Part shown: in pieces, positions 25,124 to 33,811 of the stretch
Numbering within the stretch: the stretch's first letter is position 1
How the letters are laid out: every line of letters begins with the position of its first letter
DNA from: Burkholderiaceae bacterium
GTDB lineage: Bacteria; Pseudomonadota; Gammaproteobacteria; Burkholderiales; Burkholderiaceae_A
Direction of reading: 5' to 3'
DNA: 33,811 bases
NCBI GenBank assembly: GCA_049418645.1
Contig: JBMSJG010000001.1
Location: forward strand, 1-33,811
Translations under genes and position numbers: made by a program
Notes under the pieces: model-generated
Told to the model about the DNA's origin: nothing
Seen by the model: only the letters and a program-made list of their open reading frames with translations
Database searches by the model: none

Positions 25124-26550
25124 TGCTGCTGGATCTCTTCTCCCCACGTCGCTGGACAAGAGTGGATCCGCGCTGGCTACCGTTCGCCGATCTTGCGACT
25201 GGGGACATGACCCTGTCGCGGCTTTTCCGTCTCTCGCTGTTTCAGGTCTCTGTCGGCATCTGCATGGCCCTGATGGTGGGCACACTCAATCGAGTGTTGA
25301 TTGTGGAGATGGGGGTGGCCGCATGGCTGGTCGCCCTGATGGTCGCGCTGCCGGTGCTTGTAGCGCCCTTGCGGGCCATGGTGGGTTACAAGTCTGATAC
25401 CCATCGATCCTTTCTGGGTCTTCGCCGTCTGCCCTACCTTTGGGTTGGCACGCTGTTGACCTTCGGGGGTTTGGCCATCATGCCTTTCGCGCTACTGCTC
25501 CTGTCGGGCGATACCCACTGGCCTTCGGCGATTGGCCCTGTGAGTGCGGCGCTTGCTTTTTTGTTGGTGGGCCTGGGCATTCAGACCGTTCAGACCACCG
25601 GATTGGCCCTGGCGACTGACTTGGTGGAGCCAGTCAGTCGCCCCCGAATGGTGGCACTCATGTACGCCATGTTGCTTGTTGGCATGGTGGGCAGTGGTGT
25701 CTTGTTCAGTCTTGCCTTGACTGCCTTTAGCCCTCTGCGTCTGATTCAGGTGGTGCAGGGATCCGCCAGCGCAGTCCTGGCGATGAACCTGCTGGCCATG
25801 TGGAAGCAGGAGCCACGTCGCCCCCACCTGACCGCACCCTCTCAGCCACCAGCAGACCGTTTCGAGTCGGCCTGGCGGACCTTCATGGCAGTACCGGGCC
25901 ACCGACGCTTTTTTGTCTCGGTCTTTATGGGGACCGCAGCTTTTTCAATGCAGGACATCATTCTAGAACCCTATGGCGCAGAGGTCTTGGGTCTGACGGT
26001 GGCGCAGACCAGCTTTCTAACAGTCTTATTGGCTGGCGGTGCACTCCTCGCATTCTGGCTGTCGGCCCGGGCGCTCAAGACTGGTTACACACCGAATTTT
26101 CTGGCGGCAATTGGTGCCTTGGTTGGAACCATGGCTTTTTCTCTGGTTATTTTCTCGGAGCCACTTGGCAGCCCGCTGATGTTTCAGTCGGGCACGACCT
26201 TGATCGGATTTGGTGGAGGCCTGTTCTCCATCGGCACCCTCTCGGCTGCGATGGCGATGGAGAGTGGTGGCCACACAGGACTTGCTCTGGGAGCCTGGGG
26301 CGCCGTTCAGGCCACCAGCCTGGGTCTCTCCATGGCCTTGGGTGGTGGGCTTCGTGACATGGTCTCGGGATTGGCCCTGCATGGCGACCTGGGGGTGGTC
26401 TTAACGTCGGCAGGCGCAGGTTACAGCGCGGTCTATCACTTGGAGTTGCTGCTGCTCTTTATGACCTTGGTCGCCCTGGGGCCCTTGGTAAAGGCATTTA
26501 AACGTTCCCCGCAAGGGGAGGCTTTTGGTCTGGCCGAATTCCCCGGCTAG
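25120..26550 (+). CDS. lhaA: LH1 assembly protein LhaA (PucC-family MFS)
   Basis: WLPFAD, RLSLFQVSVG, GTLNRVLIVE, MQDIILEPYG, GLALGAWGAVQAT, FGLAEFPG; position between bchM and puhA. Start ATG 25120 or 25123. Confidence 0.93.
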
Positions 26551-26577
26551 GACTTTGTTCAACAGAAGGAGAACGAC

Positions 26578-27363
26578 ATGGGAACTGGCGCAATCACGCA
26601 ATATGTTGATGTGGCCCAATTGGTGCTGTATCTGTTTTGGATCTTTTTTGCGGGCCTGGTCTACTACCTCACGGTGGAGAGCAAGCGGGAGGGATTTCCG
26701 CTCGAGACGGATCGGACCGATGGTCGGATCAAGTACGACAATGGCATCGCGGGGATGCCCAAGCAGAAGGTCTACAAGACGGCCTTTCACGGAGACTTCC
26801 TGGCCCCTCATGGACGGGATCATCAAGAGCCTCCGGTGCAGGGTAAATCGTTTGATGGGCTGCCTTATCTACCGTTGGAGCCAACGGGTGACCCCATGAC
26901 CAGTGGCATTGGACCGGGTGCCTTTACCCAGCGGTCGACCAAGCCGGACATGACTGTTGAGGGCCATGCCCGAATTGTGCCGCTGCGCGAGGCCCCAGGC
27001 TTCTCCTTGGCCGAGCAGGACCTCGATCCAAGAGGCCTGCCCGTGCTCGGAGCCGATGGCCAGCAAGGTGGTACGGTCACCGATGTCTGGGTAGACCGTT
27101 CAGAGCACCTGATTCGCTATCTGGAGCTCCAGACCACCGGCGGCCGTTCGGTGCTAGTGCCGATGAACTTCGCCCGTGTTCACCGTGACCGAGTGAAGGG
27201 CAATCGGGTGACGGTCGAGGCGATTCTTGCTGGCCAATTCGAGGGCGTACCAGGCTTGTCCACTGCCGGACAAATCAGCCGGCTCGAAGAGGAGAAGGTC
27301 ATGGGTTACTTCGGAGCGGGAACCCTATTCGCAACGCCTGATCGTAGAGAGCCCCTGTTTTGA
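26578..27363 (+). CDS. puhA: Photosynthetic reaction centre H subunit
   Basis: MGTGAITQYVDVAQLVLYLFWIFFAGL, ESKREGFPL, DPRGLPVLGADG, DVWVDRSE; RBS AAGGAG. Confidence 0.98.
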   Translation: MGTGAITQYVDVAQLVLYLFWIFFAGLVYYLTVESKREGFPLETDRTDGRIKYDNGIAGMPKQKVYKTAFHGDFLAPHGRDHQEPPVQGKSFDGLPYLPLEPTGDPMTSGIGPGAFTQRSTKPDMTVEGHARIVPLREAPGFSLAEQDLDPRGLPVLGADGQQGGTVTDVWVDRSEHLIRYLELQTTGGRSVLVPMNFARVHRDRVKGNRVTVEAILAGQFEGVPGLSTAGQISRLEEEKVMGYFGAGTLFATPDRREPLF

Positions 27364-28052
27364 AGGCTCATCACCACGGACATGAGCATGAGCTGGAGCC
27401 GGAGTACGGGCTGCCAGAGCGACTGCCTGTGGCTGAACAGATCGTCTGGCAGGGCAGTCCCCACTGGGCTGAGGTCTTCCGGCACGTCTTCCATGCCAGG
27501 GGACTGGTGGCTTACTTTAGTTTGGTCGCCGTGATTCAGATTCTGTTTGGTTACGACGCCACTCAGGGCTTGGCTGCTGCGATGGGTCATGCCAGTTGGA
27601 TGGTGATACCGGCCACCATGGCCATTGCTCTGTTTGGGGCCATGGCCTGGCTCGTCGCCAAGACAACCGTCTACACCATCACGACCAAGCGAGTCATTCT
27701 TCGGATTGGCATTGTTCTGAACGTCACTTTTAACCTACCGTTTAAACGAATCGCCTCCGCGGATATTCGTCTGCGTCCCAGTGGCTTCGGTGATATCGCC
27801 CTCCAATTGGTCCCGGAGGACAAGATTGCCTTCATGCATCTCTGGCCCCATGCCAAGCCGTGGTCTCTGCAACACCCCGTCCCCATGATGCGCTGCATTC
27901 CGGCTGCTGCACGGGTAGGGGAGTTGCTGCGAGAGGCTTGCAAGGCTCACCTGGGCCAACAAGTGCGAGACCAGCCCCTGCCCCTCCGGGGTGCGGCCAC
28001 GCCATCGTCAAGCGCCCGTCCGTCGCTGGGCCGGGAGCTCACGCTGTCATGA
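27360..28052 (+). CDS. puhB: Photosynthetic complex assembly protein PuhB
   Basis: EPEYGLPERLP..EQIVWQGSP, TTVYTITTKRVILRIG, LWPHAKPW; TTG start overlaps the puhA stop. Confidence 0.93.
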   Translation: MKAHHHGHEHELEPEYGLPERLPVAEQIVWQGSPHWAEVFRHVFHARGLVAYFSLVAVIQILFGYDATQGLAAAMGHASWMVIPATMAIALFGAMAWLVAKTTVYTITTKRVILRIGIVLNVTFNLPFKRIASADIRLRPSGFGDIALQLVPEDKIAFMHLWPHAKPWSLQHPVPMMRCIPAAARVGELLREACKAHLGQQVRDQPLPLRGAATPSSSARPSLGRELTLS

Positions 28053-28522
28053 CGCCGAGCCCCCGTCTGATATCCCGTCCCAAGCTCGAGGGCCTGCCAC
28101 TGACGGCGATTGCGGTGCTGCTGGGGGCCACTCTGTTGCTCGCGGGCTGGTCTAGCTTTCAGAAGCGCCAGGCTCGCGAGATGGATGCGCAAGTTATTGG
28201 GCAGCAGCAGGCATCTGGTGAGCAGATGATTACCCGGCGACTGTTCTTTCGAGACCTGGCTGACTCCAGTATTTCGGTGGTGGATGCAGAGACTGGCCGT
28301 CCAGTGGCACGCATCGAGGGCGAGGCAGGATTTGCAAGAAGTGTGCTTCGCAGTCTCGCCAAGGTGCGGCTCAAGCAGGGCCTTGGGGCCGAAGAGCCTT
28401 TCGAACTCAGGCGAACGACACTCGGCGGGCTTTGGCTTGTAGACCCCCAGACGGGACAACAGATTGATCTCACAGCGCTGGGGCCCAGCAACGCCAGCGT
28501 GTTTGCAATGTATTTGAACTAG
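28049..28522 (+). CDS. puhC: Photosynthetic complex assembly protein PuhC
   Basis: N-terminal TM helix, LFFRDLADSSISVVDA, GFARSVLRSL, DPQTGQQIDLTALGPSN; ATGA overlap with puhB. Confidence 0.9.
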   Translation: MTPSPRLISRPKLEGLPLTAIAVLLGATLLLAGWSSFQKRQAREMDAQVIGQQQASGEQMITRRLFFRDLADSSISVVDAETGRPVARIEGEAGFARSVLRSLAKVRLKQGLGAEEPFELRRTTLGGLWLVDPQTGQQIDLTALGPSNASVFAMYLN

Positions 28523-28549
28523 GTTTTTGAGAAGTCTAAGGAGAGAGAA

Positions 28550-29665
28550 ATGAGCGAGCATTCAGAGGTTTTCGCCGCCGCATCGGCGGCACACGACCGT
28601 CTATCAGCCAAAAATCGGGCCATCAATGAGGCGACCCGTCAGGCTCAACAAGACACCCTTCTGACGCCACGTTTTTACACCACAGACGCCTCAGCGATTA
28701 ATCGGGTTTCAGTCGATTCCCTTCGCGCCGAATGGGACGCTCTGATGGCGGAATTTGAGGCGGATAACAACGATGAGCATTTTCAGCGACCTGCGGAATT
28801 GGTGGGCCATAACTACGCCCAGGACCTGGACCCAGAGCTCTACAAGGAATTTAGTGAATTTCTAATTAGCTCGGTGACCTCTGAGTTTTCAGGCTGCGTG
28901 CTCTATGCCGAACTGAAGAAGAAGGTGGACAACCCGGACATGAAGGCCGTCTTTGGCTACATGGCCCGTGATGAATCCCGTCATGCTGGATTTATCAATC
29001 AGTGGCTGAAAGACTTTGGGATTGGTGTCGATCTGGGGTTGTTGACCAAGATTAAAAAGTACACCTACTTCAAGCCGAAGTTCATTTTCTATGCGACCTA
29101 TCTGTCAGAGAAAATTGGCTATGCCCGATACATTGCCATCTATCGGCAAATCGAGCGCAATCCCGCCTACCGTTTTCATCCGATTTTCAAATGGTTTGAG
29201 AAGTGGTGTAACGATGAGTTTCGTCACGGTGAGGCCTTTGCCCTGCTCATGCGCGCCAATCCCTCCTTGTTGCGTGGACTTAATCTCTACTGGATCCGCT
29301 TCTTTCAGCTAGCCGTCTTTGCCACCATGTTTGTGCGGGACCATACTCGACCAGTCATGCATCGGGCCTTGGGATTGGATCCAACCAGCTATGACCTGCA
29401 GGTTCTGAGCATTACCACCGAGATCTGTAAGCAGGTCTTCCCGGTGACCCTACAGGTTCACCATCCTGACTTTCTGGCTGGGCTTCAAAAGCTCTGCCAG
29501 GTGCAGCAGGCGGTTGACGACGCCAAGGCCAGGGGTGGACTGACTGGACGTCTGGCTCAGTTCTGGCACGCTGGCCGGGGGGCACTGACCTTCGCCAGAC
29601 TCTATTTCATGCCGACCGTTCGCGCTGATCTGCCAGCCCAGGCGCGTCTGGCACCGACTTGGTAG
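28550..29665 (+). CDS. acsF: Oxygen-dependent Mg-protoporphyrin IX monomethyl ester cyclase
   Basis: [19 protein letters not shown], diiron motifs DESRH and [19 protein letters not shown]. Confidence 0.98.
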   Translation: MSEHSEVFAAASAAHDRLSAKNRAINEATRQAQQDTLLTPRFYTTDASAINRVSVDSLRAEWDALMAEFEADNNDEHFQRPAELVGHNYAQDLDPELYKEFSEFLISSVTSEFSGCVLYAELKKKVDNPDMKAVFGYMARDESRHAGFINQWLKDFGIGVDLGLLTKIKKYTYFKPKFIFYATYLSEKIGYARYIAIYRQIERNPAYRFHPIFKWFEKWCNDEFRHGEAFALLMRANPSLLRGLNLYWIRFFQLAVFATMFVRDHTRPVMHRALGLDPTSYDLQVLSITTEICKQVFPVTLQVHHPDFLAGLQKLCQVQQAVDDAKARGGLTGRLAQFWHAGRGALTFARLYFMPTVRADLPAQARLAPTW

Positions 29666-29670
29666 ACCAG

Positions 29671-30438
29671 ATGGTTGTCATGATTGGACTGTTGATTGCC
29701 TTGGCGGCCTGGTGGCTTCTGACCGGTGTGGTCTTATGGGGAAGTCGAGGCGGTCTGGTGCGGCAGAGGCTGTCGATGGCGTTTTGGACAATGGTGCTGG
29801 TGGCGGGTCTCTCAGTCCATGCCGAGGCGAGCCAGTCGCTCACGCTCGAGAGCAGTCTTCTGGCGTTTCTCTCGGTGTTGGGGGTCTGGGCCTGGCAGGA
29901 GATCGCTTTTCTGACGGGAGCTGTCACGGGACCCAATCGGGCCAGAGCCACGCCAGATTTGCGCGGTTGGCGCCGATTCTGGCGGGCCTTTCTGACTGTT
30001 TCTCATCATGAACTGGCGATGGTTCTGCTTTTTGCCGCCGTCGCCTTTCCTGCTCTGCACGCACCCAATCAGACGGGGCTGGCGACCTTCTTTGTGCTGT
30101 GGGTCATGCGCCTGTCTGCCAAGTTGCACCTGATGTTTGGTGTCAAAAACTTCTACGATGGCTTCTTACCCAGTGGGCTGTCTCACATGGAGACCTATTT
30201 CCGTCGCCGAGCCTTTAATTGGTTTTTGCCCATCAGCCTGCTGGCAGGCGGCTGGATGGCCGTGCTGTCATGGGATTTTATTCACAGCCCCGAGCAGGCC
30301 CAGGGCGCTGTTTTGGGTGGCGCACTGGTTTTCGGCCTGGTGCTGCTGGCTTTGCTGGAGCACCTGCTCTTGTTCCTACCCTTTCAGCCGGAGAGGCTTT
30401 GGGGTTGGGCACTGGGTCCGCGGGGCTCGCGTCGCTAG
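29671..30438 (+). CDS. puhE: Photosynthetic complex assembly protein PuhE
   Basis: WWLLTGVVLW, WQEIAFLTGAVTGP, LWVMRLSAKL, LALLEH; follows acsF. ATG 29671 preferred over TTG 29659. Confidence 0.9.
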   Translation: MVVMIGLLIALAAWWLLTGVVLWGSRGGLVRQRLSMAFWTMVLVAGLSVHAEASQSLTLESSLLAFLSVLGVWAWQEIAFLTGAVTGPNRARATPDLRGWRRFWRAFLTVSHHELAMVLLFAAVAFPALHAPNQTGLATFFVLWVMRLSAKLHLMFGVKNFYDGFLPSGLSHMETYFRRRAFNWFLPISLLAGGWMAVLSWDFIHSPEQAQGAVLGGALVFGLVLLALLEHLLLFLPFQPERLWGWALGPRGSRR

Positions 30439-30463
30439 AGTGCCGGACCCTCGAGAACGACCA

Positions 30464-31162
30464 CTAGCTTAGGCTCTCGGACAGGTGAACCAAAGTCTGT
30501 CCGCGGGCTCGGGCCGCTGTCTGTTGATGCCAGCTGGGTCGTCTCCAGCAGTTAAAGCCATGGTCAACGCCCGGATGCATCACGATGCGAACATTGTCCC
30601 GGCCATGCAGACTCTGCCGGACGGCCTGAACGGACTTGGTCGGAATATAGGCGTCTTTGTCGGCGAAGTGAAAGAGCAGAGGGCAGGAGATGTCCTCAAC
30701 CAAGTCCAGGTGCTGGTCTATGCCACCACCGTAGTAGCAGACGGCTGTGTCGACGCCAGCCCTGGCGGCAGCGACAAACGAGAGCATGCCACCCATGCAA
30801 AAGCCCACCGAACCCACCAAACCAGTGCAACTGTCCAGATGCTTAACGGCTTCAACGGTACGTTGCAGGTCAGCGGCGGCCAGGTCTACGTTCAGGCGCG
30901 ACAACAAACCCAGGCCCTTTTCGAACCCAACCGCGTCGTAGGCAAGATCGGTCCTGGGCGACTCACGCCAGAAGACGTCGGGGGCAATCACCACGAAGCC
31001 ATCGGCGGCGTACTGGTCTGCGACCGCCCGAATGTGTTCGTTGACGCCAAAAATCTCTTGAATCAACAGCAGGCCGGGGCCGCGCCCGGTGGCTGGCTCG
31101 CTGACGTAAGCCTCAAAGGGGCGCCCATCGGCGCTGGGAACTGAAATCCATCGACTGGTCAT
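30464..31162 (-). CDS. Dienelactone hydrolase family protein
   Basis: LLIQEIFGVN, nucleophile motif GFCMGG, YYGGG, HPGVDHGF. Start moved to ATG 31162 (AAAGG upstream). Confidence 0.92.
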   Translation of the reverse strand: MTSRWISVPSADGRPFEAYVSEPATGRGPGLLLIQEIFGVNEHIRAVADQYAADGFVVIAPDVFWRESPRTDLAYDAVGFEKGLGLLSRLNVDLAAADLQRTVEAVKHLDSCTGLVGSVGFCMGGMLSFVAAARAGVDTAVCYYGGGIDQHLDLVEDISCPLLFHFADKDAYIPTKSVQAVRQSLHGRDNVRIVMHPGVDHGFNCWRRPSWHQQTAARARGQTLVHLSESLS

Positions 31163-31212
31163 AGTGTCTGGGACCTTTCTGGTGCGATTGACCACTACGC
31201 CGAGATCTTGAC

Positions 31213-32055
31213 ATGACCAAAACACAACTTCAAAGCATGAAACCCTCTAATTGGGGTGGGAAAACCCCACGCCGCCCGCTGATCACAGCCCTGGCCTGGC
31301 TGGCCGGCCTTCCTTTTTTTGCGTCCACAGCCGGCCTGGGCGCCGCCACTGGGTCATCGGAGCCCAAGGCGCCGCAGGCGGGGGCAGCGCAGCAGGTCAT
31401 CGGAAGACTGGCCTGGGATGTCAGTGAGGTCAGCGTCGGCCAGTTCCGTCAATTCGCAAGCAGCTCAGGCTTCGTCAGCCGGGCCGAGCGAGAGGGCGGT
31501 GGTTACATCTACGAGTTTGGCTGGACCAAAAAGCCTGGCTGGACCTGGCAGAGCCCATTTGGCCGGCCTGCTGCTGACAACGAACCGGCGGTTCACCTGA
31601 CCTTTGATGAGGCGCAACAAGCCTGCCGTTTTTTTGGCAAACGCCTGCCCACAGACGCAGAATGGGTCTCTGCAGCCTATACCGAGCAGCGGCCGATGCC
31701 GCCCACCCCATTTCAGGCCGGCCGGCAATACCGATGGCCCAACGGCGATTCCCCCAAGGCCAGCCACTGCCTGTCCGGATGTGGCGGTTACGCCGGGCTG
31801 GCGCCGCAGGGCGTGTTAGATCGTGGCGTTGGCCATGTGGCGGTTGATCGCACGCCACTGGGGGTCAATGGCCTTAGGGACATGGGTGGAAATGTCTGGG
31901 AGTGGGTCGATACCGGTCGAGGCTCGGAGCGCATCACCAGGGGGGCTTCCTGGTGGTACGGACCCGAGCGGCAGCTGGTGGACGATGTGGCCACCAAACC
32001 TCGTGACACCAGGGTCGCGTATATTGGGTTTCGATGTGTTCAGGAATTGAAATAG
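31213..32055 (+). CDS. FGE-sulfatase (SUMF1/EgtB/PvdO-like) domain protein, probably exported
   Basis: EVSVGQF, KRLPTDAEW, NGLRDMGGNVWEW, RGASW, IGFRCV; N-terminal RR plus hydrophobic stretch. Start may be 31237. Confidence 0.88.
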   Translation: MTKTQLQSMKPSNWGGKTPRRPLITALAWLAGLPFFASTAGLGAATGSSEPKAPQAGAAQQVIGRLAWDVSEVSVGQFRQFASSSGFVSRAEREGGGYIYEFGWTKKPGWTWQSPFGRPAADNEPAVHLTFDEAQQACRFFGKRLPTDAEWVSAAYTEQRPMPPTPFQAGRQYRWPNGDSPKASHCLSGCGGYAGLAPQGVLDRGVGHVAVDRTPLGVNGLRDMGGNVWEWVDTGRGSERITRGASWWYGPERQLVDDVATKPRDTRVAYIGFRCVQELK

Positions 32056-33177
32056 ATGTTTAACGCCATAAAAAAACTCTCCCTCAAAACCAAGCTATTT
32101 GCTGTCACGGGGCTACTGATCCTCGCTGCGGTCGGCTGGCGTCAGACCAGACCGGTCGAGGTCCAGTCAACCCCCGTGGTGACTGCCTTTCCCTCGTCCC
32201 TGATGTCCACCTTGAATGCGAGTGGCTATGTGGTGGCCCAGCGAAAGGCGGCCATCTCGACCAAGGCCCAGGGGCGTCTGGAATGGCTGGGGGTTGCAGA
32301 GGGTTCGGTGGTCAAACAGGGCCAGTTGCTGGCTCGCCTAGAGCGTCAGGAGCTGACCGCCCAGCTGGCTCAGGCCAAGGCACAGGTCGGGTTGGCCCAG
32401 GCTGAATTGGATGACGCCATCCGCGAATACGAGAGATCCAAGTCGCTGTTGGCCAAGCAGTACATCTCTCAGGCGGCTGCGGACTCTGCCAGGGCTCGAT
32501 TCGAAAAGGCCCGGGCTCAACAGACTGCCTCTGCGGCCGCTCAGGCGGTGGCGCAGGCGGCCTATGACCAGTCAGAGATCCGGGCTCCCTTTGATGGGGT
32601 GGTACTGACCAAGAATGCCAACGTGGGTGACAACATCACGCCCTTTTCATCAGCCGCTGACAGCAAGGGGGCGGTGGTGACCATTGCTGACATGTCCACG
32701 CTCGAGGTGGAGGCCGATGTCTCCGAATCCAGTCTGGGGAAGATCCGAATTGGCCAGCCAGTGGAGATCGGTCTCGACGCACTCCCCAGCGAGCGCTTCT
32801 CTGGGGTGGTGGCTCGGATGGTGCCGACCATTGATCGAGCCAAGGCCACTCGGCTGGTTAAGCTCAAGTTCAACCAGATCGATCCAAGAATCCTGCCGGA
32901 CATGTCGGCCAAGGTCTCTTTTCTCGACAAGCCACTGCCGCCCGAGCAACGCAAGCCAGTGGTAGGCGTCAACCAGGCGGCCGTGCTGACCCAGGGTGAT
33001 GAGTCTGCGATTTTTGTCATCGAATCCAACCGTCTAAAACGGATTGCGCTGCCCAAGCCCCTGTCCATCATGGGCGAGTTGGTGCTGGTCCCCAGTCTGA
33101 AGTCCGACCAGCGGGTGGTGCTTCGCCCCGCTGCGGGACTGCGCGATGGGCAATCGGTGAGGTCTGCCAAGCAGTGA
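32056..33177 (+). CDS. Periplasmic adaptor / membrane-fusion protein (MacA/HlyD-like)
   Basis: N-terminal anchor, LNASGYVVAQRKA, lipoyl halves V.EGS.VK.GQ and IRAPFDGVV, alpha-hairpin, LEVEADVSE. Confidence 0.92.
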   Translation: MFNAIKKLSLKTKLFAVTGLLILAAVGWRQTRPVEVQSTPVVTAFPSSLMSTLNASGYVVAQRKAAISTKAQGRLEWLGVAEGSVVKQGQLLARLERQELTAQLAQAKAQVGLAQAELDDAIREYERSKSLLAKQYISQAAADSARARFEKARAQQTASAAAQAVAQAAYDQSEIRAPFDGVVLTKNANVGDNITPFSSAADSKGAVVTIADMSTLEVEADVSESSLGKIRIGQPVEIGLDALPSERFSGVVARMVPTIDRAKATRLVKLKFNQIDPRILPDMSAKVSFLDKPLPPEQRKPVVGVNQAAVLTQGDESAIFVIESNRLKRIALPKPLSIMGELVLVPSLKSDQRVVLRPAAGLRDGQSVRSAKQ

Positions 33178-33811
33178 TCGACGTTCAAGCATTGGGGAAG
33201 TACTACCAGCGAGGTGATCAGCAGATCACGGTCCTCGACGGCCTCAACCTGACGGTGGCAGATGGGGAGTTTGTCGCCCTGATGGGACCGTCTGGATCCG
33301 GCAAGAGCACCCTTCTCAACCTGATCGCAGGCATTGATCGACCCAGCACCGGTCGAATCATCATCGGTGGCATCGATGTGACTCAGTTGAGCGAATCCGA
33401 GTTGGCCAAGTGGCGCGCCAAACACGTCGGTTTTATCTTTCAGTTCTACAACCTGATCCCGGTGCTCACCGCGGCCGAAAACGTTGCGCTGCCCCTGACG
33501 CTGACTGACTGCCCAGCAGCCGAGCGTGCTGATCGCGTGGCCAAGGCCTTGGCCGCCGTTGGTCTGTCAGATCGTGCTGGGCACATTCCCAGTGAACTCT
33601 CTGGCGGCCAACAGCAGCGCGTGGCCATTGCCCGGGCCCTGATTACCAATCCCAGCCTGATCGTGGCGGACGAACCCACCGGTGATTTGGATCGCAAGTC
33701 AGCCCAGGATGTACTGGCCATGCTCCAGCAGCTCAACCGTGAGCACGGCAAGACGATCGTCATGGTGACCCACGACCCCAAGGCTGCTGACGCAGCCGGT
33801 CGGGTGGTGCA
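33174..33811 (+). CDS. ABC transporter ATP-binding protein (MacB/LolD-like), truncated by the window end
   Basis: Hand translation from GTG 33174 (GTGA overlap): Walker [19 protein letters not shown], signature [15 protein letters not shown], Walker [15 protein letters not shown]. Confidence 0.95.
   Translation, partial: MIDVQALGKYYQRGDQQITVLDGLNLTVADGEFVALMGPSGSGKSTLLNLIAGIDRPSTGRIIIGGIDVTQLSESELAKWRAKHVGFIFQFYNLIPVLTAAENVALPLTLTDCPAAERADRVAKALAAVGLSDRAGHIPSELSGGQQQRVAIARALITNPSLIVADEPTGDLDRKSAQDVLAMLQQLNREHGKTIVMVTHDPKAADAAGRVV

Noticed and set aside
27369-27392. His-rich N-terminus of PuhB (HHHGHEHE)
   Set aside because: Short His/Glu-rich starts are ordinary for this family; no further support for a special function.

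Overview
About 30.4 kb of this window is part of an anoxygenic (purple-bacterial, type-2 reaction centre) photosynthesis gene cluster. Order: pufB-orf74-pufA-pufL-pufM-pufC (+); tspO-bchP-pucC-like MFS-bchG (-); crtI-crtB (+); crtC-crtD-crtA-ppsR-aerR/ppaA (-); bchFNBHLM-lhaA-puhABC-acsF-puhE (+). Unrelated genes follow: a dienelactone hydrolase, an FGE/SUMF1-domain protein, a membrane-fusion protein and a truncated ABC ATPase. The tetraheme pufC, the overlapping crtD/crtC pair and acsF without an adjacent bciE suggest a Rubrivivax-like betaproteobacterial phototroph (inference). pufB (93-239) and the terminal ABC ATPase are missing from the supplied ORF track and were read by hand. The most unusual element is a 74-aa ORF with a strong RBS between pufB and pufA. 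It aligns without gaps to LH1-beta but has lost both histidines and gained a C-terminal amphipathic helix, so it is a candidate pigment-free RC-LH1 subunit or assembly factor. The second is a three-hairpin element in the puf 3' UTR with anti-Shine-Dalgarno-like loops, a candidate sRNA. No mobile elements, CRISPR arrays, tRNAs or rRNAs were seen.
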